64,000 nt of DNA from Candidatus Latescibacterota bacterium. GTDB taxonomy: Bacteria > Latescibacterota > UBA2968 > GCA-2709665. Shown piece by piece: positions 57,833-64,000 of this stretch (position 1 is the first letter of the stretch; every line of letters begins with the position of its first letter). The stretch covers positions 480,001 through 544,000 of the forward strand of contig OZ242358.1 of NCBI GenBank assembly GCA_965208835.1, in the 5' to 3' direction. The position numbers and the translations under genes are program-made. The notes under the pieces were generated by a model. It saw only the letters and a program-made list of their open reading frames with translations. It did not search any database and was not told the DNA's origin.

Positions 57833-60800
57833 ATGCTGCAGCGGAGAATATCCCTGAAAAACCTGAAGAAGCCCAAACCGCTTTATCCCGACACCGTTCT
57901 CGTGGAACAGGGGCGTGCCGCGTCTGCCATCGTACGCCCGTCGGACGACCGGTACGGCGTCGTTGCGGAGACGATCCGGAGGAAAGTCCGTGACGTTTCG
58001 GGCGCCGATCTGCCCATACTGGACCACGGCGCCGCCGCGAAGACACCCCGGAGGCACCTCATCCTTCTGGGCAACCTGAACAACAACAAGGCGGCCTTCC
58101 GGCTCTACGGCTACAGCTATACGCCGGCGGACGACCACTTTCCCGGCGCCGGCGGCCACCTTCTCCACACGATTCACGATCCCTGGGGCAACGGCAGAAA
58201 CGCCGTCGGCCTCTTCGGCAGCGATTTGTCAGGTGTCGAAACCGCCGCCGGCCTGCTGCTCGAGCGCTTCGGTTCGGGATCGACCCTTGCCCTCGGTCCC
58301 ATGTTCGATGTCAAGTATGGACCGAATGCGCGCAGCGACGCCGGAATCCCCGAAGAACCGGACCTGGACGCCGAGATGGCGGAAGCCGAAGAAGACCTCG
58401 CGCGTGGCTCCCATACCGGTCTGTGGAGCAGGATCGGTCAGCGGGGCCTGCTCTACGGGCTCACCGGAAACGACGTCTACGCCGAAATCTACAAGCGACT
58501 GGTCTTCCGGATGTACGACCACGTCCTGTCCGACCCGGATAACTACGGCAGCGTATGGGGTTTCGACGCGGACTTCGCGCTGCAGTACGTCATGCCCGGG
58601 TGGGACCTGGTGGAAGAGAGCCCTGCGATCTCCGACGAGGACCGTCTGCGCATCACCCGTATCCTGTTTGAATTCATCGCGGATTGCGTGTCTCACGTGG
58701 GTGACGTCGAGAACGATCGCGTCCGCCACAACCACGCGACGTACGCCGCGCTGGGCCTCCACTATGCCGGCGCCTATTTCAGGAAATACTACAGGGCCAC
58801 GCAGGCCTATCGTTGGCTGGCCCTGTCGGAGAAATGCTTCAGGGTGCAGGTCAACGCGTTCAAGCCGTACGAGGACTGCGGACACTATCATTGGCGCACC
58901 CATTTCCACGCGATGCGCTACACGCTCAGCACGGGCGACATGACGTTCTTCGATACGGGAAATGCGCAGCGGGCCGGCGACTACGCCATCCTGACAACGG
59001 ACAACCTGGGCTGCGTCGTGCCCAATGGAGACACGGCCTCGCCGTTCGGCTCGTGGACGGAAGTGCCCTATCTGCGCGCCATGGTCTGCGTGACGGGAGA
59101 CGGCCGCTACCAGTGGATGCTCGACAAGAAGAAAGCCATGTCGCCGCGGTCCCACCCGTACGAACACAGCCGCGACGTGGAACCGGTTGAGCCGTCGGAC
59201 CTGGAGGGGGCGCAGGTCTATCCTGTAGATCCGAAGTATTACGATTCAACAAACGGCGGCGACCACCTGCCTCTGGACAGGACCTTCGACAAGGTTGTCT
59301 TCAGGGACGGGTTTGCACCCGAGAATCAGTATCTGTTTCTCGACGGCCTGTCCAACGGCGGCCACAAGCATTACGACGGCAACTCGATCTGCCGCCTCAC
59401 CCAGAACAGCCGCATCTGGCTGGCAGACTGCGACTACATCAAATCGCTGCCCAAATTCCACAACGGCGTCCTCATCTTCAAAGACGGACAGTCTGCAGAA
59501 ATCCCTCCTTTCGTGGAACTCGAGCGGTTTTCCGCCAACCGGGATACCGGTTTCTCCCAGACGACCCTAGGCTCGTACAGCGGCGTGGACTGGCGCCGCA
59601 ACATCCTCTGGAACCGGGGCGCTTTCTTCCTGGTCATCGACGAGATGGAAGCCCTGGAAGAAGCGGAATACAGTTTCCGCGCCGTCTGGCAGACGCTGGG
59701 CGACGTACAGCTCCGCAAAGGCGGCCTGGCCGTGGAACAGAACGGCGAGCGATTCTTCATCCACGGTCTGCCTGGGCCCGGACTCAGGCTCGAGGACGAC
59801 CCGGTTACCGGCAAGAACTGGGAACGATACGAACACGCCGAGCCGATCGTGCGTATCCTCCAGCAGATTGCCAACGTGCGCCTCAGGAAAGGGGAGGCCT
59901 ATCGGTTTTTCAACCTGCTTTATTGCGGCCCTTTGAAGCTCGGAATGTCGCAGGTCGCGGAGAACGCCGTGCGCATCGACGGTGGTCCGGAAACCGTTTT
60001 CGCGGGCGTCGGGCAGACACGGGCGGCGACGGCTCTGCCTTCGGGCCCCCGGGTCGCGGCCGCGCAGTTTCAGATATCTCCGCTTGCTCTTGCCATTGTC
60101 GACGGAACGGAAGTGTCATGGGGAGATACGGTGTTCATGAGCGATCGTCCTGTGTCCCTCGAATACGACCTGTCGTCGGCGCGGGGCGTCGTCGTCTCCT
60201 CAGGTCCGACCGAGATCAAACTGTCCGCGGGAAGCAGTACGGAGGTCGAAGTGGACGGCCGGCCGGTCGCCGCCGACGTCTCCGGCGGCGCCGTCACGTT
60301 CCCTGTGCCCGGGGGCAGGCACGAAATTGCACTGATTCCTCCTGCCCTCGCGGGAATCCGTCGCGCCGCTGCCGGAAAACCCACAACAGTCTTCGTGCCA
60401 CGCTTCCGGACCCCGCGCGGGATGGGCCGAATTCCGGACCTTTCCTCGCTCTGGTCTCACCGGGAGGACAACGCCCTGCTTTCCCTGCAGGCCGCGGATC
60501 TGGACGGCGACGGCAGGGATGAAGTCATCGCCGGCGGCCGCACCAGGGCCATCCACGCATACAAGGAAGGAAGCCCGCTCTGGCAGTATCCCACGGGCGG
60601 CGCCGTGAGGTCCGTCTGTGCCGCGGACCTTGAAAACGACGGACGGCCGGAGATTGTCGCCGGTTCGGAAGACGAACGCGTATATGTCCTCAACGCCACG
60701 GGTGATCTTGAGTGGGACTTCAAAATCCCCTTCTACTTCCAGGAACCTGTCGTGCGCTCCGTCTTTACCGGCGATATCGACGGCGACGGACGGCTCGAGG

Positions 60801-61528
60801 TCATCGCCGCCGTGGAATCCTGGCGCTACTACGCCTTCAGCCACGACGGGAAGGAACTCTGGCACCAGATGACCGTCCGCCCCTCCTCCACAGGCTGCGC
60901 CGCGGACCTGGACGGCGACGGCCGGGACGAGGTCATCGCCGGAACGGACTACCACCGCTGGCACTGCATCGACGGGAACGGCGACGTCAGGTGGTCCTAT
61001 CATCCCGCCACCGGGCCCCGCGCCAACAGCGCCGCGGCCGGCGACGTCGACGGAGACGGGCTGAAGGAAGTCGCCTTCGCCGGCGCCGACACCCACATCC
61101 ACCTCCTCAGCGCGGAGGGGGTCCTGCTCTCGCGATTCAATACCGGTGACGAAGTTACTCGCGTCCTGATGACCGATATGGACGGTGACGGCGTGGATGA
61201 AATCGTCGCCTCTTCCATGAGCTTCAACGTCTACGTCGTCAAGGGCGACGGCAAGACGCTCTACTGGCGAACCGACCTCGGCGAAGTCGTCCGCTGCATC
61301 GCCGCCGCCGACTTCGACGGCGACGGAAAACCGGAAGTCGCCGCGGGCGTCGAGGATGGAACCGTGTACCTGCTTTCCAATGCGGACGGACGTCCCGTCG
61401 GCCGGTTTCAGGCCGGCGGACCCATCCTTGACATCGTCCCCGCGGACGTCGACGGTAACGGCATTCCCGAAATCGTTGCCTGTTCGGAGGACGGCTTTCT
61501 GCACGTCATCAGTAGTATCGCGAAGTAA
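57833..61528 (+). CDS. Large heparinase/lyase-like protein fused to a C-terminal FG-GAP/VCBS beta-propeller
   Basis: HNH, GHKHYDGN and HNGV lyase-like motifs; about 8 repeats of AD(L/V)DGDG..E(V/I). Confidence 0.7.
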   Translation: MLQRRISLKNLKKPKPLYPDTVLVEQGRAASAIVRPSDDRYGVVAETIRRKVRDVSGADLPILDHGAAAKTPRRHLILLGNLNNNKAAFRLYGYSYTPADDHFPGAGGHLLHTIHDPWGNGRNAVGLFGSDLSGVETAAGLLLERFGSGSTLALGPMFDVKYGPNARSDAGIPEEPDLDAEMAEAEEDLARGSHTGLWSRIGQRGLLYGLTGNDVYAEIYKRLVFRMYDHVLSDPDNYGSVWGFDADFALQYVMPGWDLVEESPAISDEDRLRITRILFEFIADCVSHVGDVENDRVRHNHATYAALGLHYAGAYFRKYYRATQAYRWLALSEKCFRVQVNAFKPYEDCGHYHWRTHFHAMRYTLSTGDMTFFDTGNAQRAGDYAILTTDNLGCVVPNGDTASPFGSWTEVPYLRAMVCVTGDGRYQWMLDKKKAMSPRSHPYEHSRDVEPVEPSDLEGAQVYPVDPKYYDSTNGGDHLPLDRTFDKVVFRDGFAPENQYLFLDGLSNGGHKHYDGNSICRLTQNSRIWLADCDYIKSLPKFHNGVLIFKDGQSAEIPPFVELERFSANRDTGFSQTTLGSYSGVDWRRNILWNRGAFFLVIDEMEALEEAEYSFRAVWQTLGDVQLRKGGLAVEQNGERFFIHGLPGPGLRLEDDPVTGKNWERYEHAEPIVRILQQIANVRLRKGEAYRFFNLLYCGPLKLGMSQVAENAVRIDGGPETVFAGVGQTRAATALPSGPRVAAAQFQISPLALAIVDGTEVSWGDTVFMSDRPVSLEYDLSSARGVVVSSGPTEIKLSAGSSTEVEVDGRPVAADVSGGAVTFPVPGGRHEIALIPPALAGIRRAAAGKPTTVFVPRFRTPRGMGRIPDLSSLWSHREDNALLSLQAADLDGDGRDEVIAGGRTRAIHAYKEGSPLWQYPTGGAVRSVCAADLENDGRPEIVAGSEDERVYVLNATGDLEWDFKIPFYFQEPVVRSVFTGDIDGDGRLEVIAAVESWRYYAFSHDGKELWHQMTVRPSSTGCAADLDGDGRDEVIAGTDYHRWHCIDGNGDVRWSYHPATGPRANSAAAGDVDGDGLKEVAFAGADTHIHLLSAEGVLLSRFNTGDEVTRVLMTDMDGDGVDEIVASSMSFNVYVVKGDGKTLYWRTDLGEVVRCIAAADFDGDGKPEVAAGVEDGTVYLLSNADGRPVGRFQAGGPILDIVPADVDGNGIPEIVACSEDGFLHVISSIAK

Positions 61529-61582
61529 GCTCAGTTTTAAGTTCACGTCCCGCCGTTCATCCCCACACTAAAGGAAATTACC

Positions 61583-62797
61583 ATGAAGATCACCGACGTC
61601 GACATCATCCCGATCTACCCGAAAATCGCGGCACGGAATGCCGACCAGAAGACCCGTTTCATCAACCTGAACCGCCGTACCATTTTCAAGATTACGACGG
61701 ACAACGGCATCGTCGGGTACGGCGATGCGCGCTGTGAGGCGCCCGACAGGTCCACCGTCGAACACGTTATCGGGCGCGATCCCTTCGACTACATCAACGC
61801 CAATTTGAACTCGGGGGTGATGGGGGCGCTGTACGACGTCATGGGCAAGCATCTCGATATTCCTGCGTACAAACTCATGGGCCAGAGGATACGTGACAGG
61901 GTGCCCGTGGCGGCGTGGACCCGGCCCGCGTCGCCGGAAGACCTGGCCAAAGACGTCCAGCGGGCCGTCGGCGAAGGATACATGATCTTCAAGATCCACA
62001 CCTGTGCGCATTACGACGTCATTGAACAGACACGGGCCGTGGAGGAGGTGGCGCCGCCGGGATTCAAGATGCACTACGACTTCAATCACAACCGGCCGCT
62101 TGCCGCCGTCCTTCGAATCCTGAAGGTACTGGAAGACTCGCCCGTGGTGGGGATGATCGAGGACCCCCTCGTTCTTTCCGACGTGGAAGGGTGGCGCCTG
62201 CTGCGGCAGAAGACCAGCTTCCCGCTCCTCATGCACGTGCCGCAGCTCGGCGGCGGGCAGGAAATCATCAGGGGCTGCGCCGACGCCTACATGATCGGCG
62301 AAGGCGGGATCGGCCCCACCCTCGTGCGCGGTTTTGCCGCGGCCCTTGCCAATGTCTCCTCGGTCATCCAGCTTACCGGCGGTACGCTGACCAAGGCGAT
62401 GGCCCTGCACATGGGCGCCGTAATACCAAATGTCGCCCATTGCACGAACCTGGACGACCAGTACGACCAGGACGTTGTCAAACAGCGGATCGAGGTGGCG
62501 GCGGGTTCGTCTCCCATACCGGAGGGTCCCGGCCTGGGCGTCGAGGTCGACGAAGACGCGCTGGCCGAATGCGCGGCCAACGAACCCACGGTTATCCCGG
62601 CCACAATCGGCATCCTGCACCTGCCCGGCGGGAACAGACTCTACACGAAAGGGTTTCCAAACGTGCCCCGGGTCACGGGATTTCCCGAAGGCAATACCCG
62701 GGGCATACGCCTGGAGGTGTGGGAGGACGACGGCACGGAAGCGTTTCGGGAGACCCTGGAGCGCATTGAACAGGATGGTCCGTTCATGGAGAAATAG
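61583..62797 (+). CDS. Mandelate racemase/muconate lactonizing (enolase superfamily) enzyme
   Basis: ALYDVMGK, FKIH, DFN, IEDP and GPGLGVEVD motifs. Confidence 0.88.
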   Translation: MKITDVDIIPIYPKIAARNADQKTRFINLNRRTIFKITTDNGIVGYGDARCEAPDRSTVEHVIGRDPFDYINANLNSGVMGALYDVMGKHLDIPAYKLMGQRIRDRVPVAAWTRPASPEDLAKDVQRAVGEGYMIFKIHTCAHYDVIEQTRAVEEVAPPGFKMHYDFNHNRPLAAVLRILKVLEDSPVVGMIEDPLVLSDVEGWRLLRQKTSFPLLMHVPQLGGGQEIIRGCADAYMIGEGGIGPTLVRGFAAALANVSSVIQLTGGTLTKAMALHMGAVIPNVAHCTNLDDQYDQDVVKQRIEVAAGSSPIPEGPGLGVEVDEDALAECAANEPTVIPATIGILHLPGGNRLYTKGFPNVPRVTGFPEGNTRGIRLEVWEDDGTEAFRETLERIEQDGPFMEK

Positions 62798-62854
62798 TCG
62801 TGCAGTCCCCGCCCGCCCGAGGGTTGGGGCTGAATCGCAGGAACAGGAGTTGCC

Positions 62855-64000
62855 ATGCCGCTTCTCAACGTCGAACGCGCGCGCGAAAACGTGCGGCGCT
62901 ACACCTGGGCGCAGGCCATCGTCGAAGCCTGGAAGAAAGAGGTTGACTATATCGTCAGCCAGGACCGGGATTTCGTCGAGGCGATGATATCCGAACTCAC
63001 GCTCTGGCCGGAGTACGGCCAGAACTGTCCCGTCTGCGTGGACCGTCTCTCGTCCATGGGCGAGACCGGTATCTACGATTGGGACCCGGCCGATCCGGAT
63101 CGGCTCGTCTGCAAATACTGCGGAACGGAGTACCCCAACGCCGATTATCCGGAGACCGGCAGCGTTACCGCGCCCCGAATGAACCAGACATTCACCTTCT
63201 ATCTTACCGAGGCGGAACGCGCGCACCCCGAAGACAGATCGGGTGAACACGCGTTCAAATGGGTCAGATGGCCCGTGCATACAAGCTGGACCGGGGTCAT
63301 CCGCGCGAAGAAGGGCCGCTGGTGCTTCGAGAAGATATCTCCTCTCGCCAAGCTGTACGCACTCACAGGCGACGTCCGGTACGCGCAGATGAGCGCGTGG
63401 ATCATGGACTGTATGGCGCGGCGGTATTCCAACTGGTTGTTTCACTCCTACGATGGGACCGTTGCGGACTGTCCGCCGGCAGAGGCCGCGGCATCCATGG
63501 GAAAATATCCTCCCGCGGGCCGATTCCCTGTGGAAACCATCATCTCCGCCTTTGAGGGCCGACACCGGGTGGGTGACCACGCCGTACTCAACAACGGCTT
63601 CTGGGGCGCCGGACGCTTCGGGTGCAGCGGGTCCGACGGGTGGTACCTACTTGCGATCGTGCAGGCCTACGAACTGATCAGGAGCGCCCGGCAAGCGGAC
63701 GGTTCACCGGTCATCACGCCGGATATGGACCGGCGCATCGTGGACGACCTCATCCTGGCGGGCTGTGCAGACACCGAAAACTGGAATGACATCAACAACA
63801 AGTGCGGTCCCGGTCGCGCGCTCAGCGCCGCGGTGGGTATTCTCTTCGGCAAGCCGGAAAGCGTGCGCCGCGCTGTGGAGGGGTTCGAATTGCTGATGGA
63901 CGACGCCTTCCATTTCGACGGCTTCTGCACGGAGTCGCCGAGTTATTCGGCCATGCACCTCAACCAGTTGCGAGAGATTCCGGAACTGCTCGACGGGTAC
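62855..64000 (+). CDS. Hypothetical protein with two CxxC pairs, probably alginate-lyase/heparinase-like; runs off the window end
   Basis: AGGAG RBS; MPLLNVERAR...NCPVC...CKYCG...NNK...DGFCTESPSYS; open to the end of the window. Confidence 0.65.
   Translation, partial: MPLLNVERARENVRRYTWAQAIVEAWKKEVDYIVSQDRDFVEAMISELTLWPEYGQNCPVCVDRLSSMGETGIYDWDPADPDRLVCKYCGTEYPNADYPETGSVTAPRMNQTFTFYLTEAERAHPEDRSGEHAFKWVRWPVHTSWTGVIRAKKGRWCFEKISPLAKLYALTGDVRYAQMSAWIMDCMARRYSNWLFHSYDGTVADCPPAEAAASMGKYPPAGRFPVETIISAFEGRHRVGDHAVLNNGFWGAGRFGCSGSDGWYLLAIVQAYELIRSARQADGSPVITPDMDRRIVDDLILAGCADTENWNDINNKCGPGRALSAAVGILFGKPESVRRAVEGFELLMDDAFHFDGFCTESPSYSAMHLNQLREIPELLDGY

Overview
GC-rich bacterial genomic window. The gene content (many PhyH dioxygenases, a sulfatase, GHL10-like and heparinase-like proteins, a dockerin/EF-hand-like C-terminal tag) resembles Latescibacterota/Poribacteria-type genomes; this is inference only. 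It holds housekeeping blocks (tig-clpP-clpX-engB-aminotransferase-serA-purA-moaA; nitrite/sulfite reductase-ferredoxin-gltB), sugar-acid and glycan catabolic genes, and a tetraether-synthase-like (Tes/MJ0619) radical SAM gene. The most striking feature is a ~5.7 kb island (8.25-14.0 kb). Four copies of a fixed-length composite repeat (two inverted GTAG-family REP hairpins separated by exactly 136 bp) divide it into cassette-like blocks: an RDD gene, MazEF plus Phd-VapC, and DUF2442-DUF4160. The island ends in a REP-flanked RAYT (HUH Y1 tyrosine transposase). Gene remnants at the repeat junctions suggest cassette gain and loss, so this may be an integron-like array built on RAYT/REP chemistry. 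Two other dispersed non-coding repeat families are present: a 163-bp element in 2 copies and a heptamer-flanked hairpin element in 3 copies. All calls come from reading the sequence; no database searches were run.
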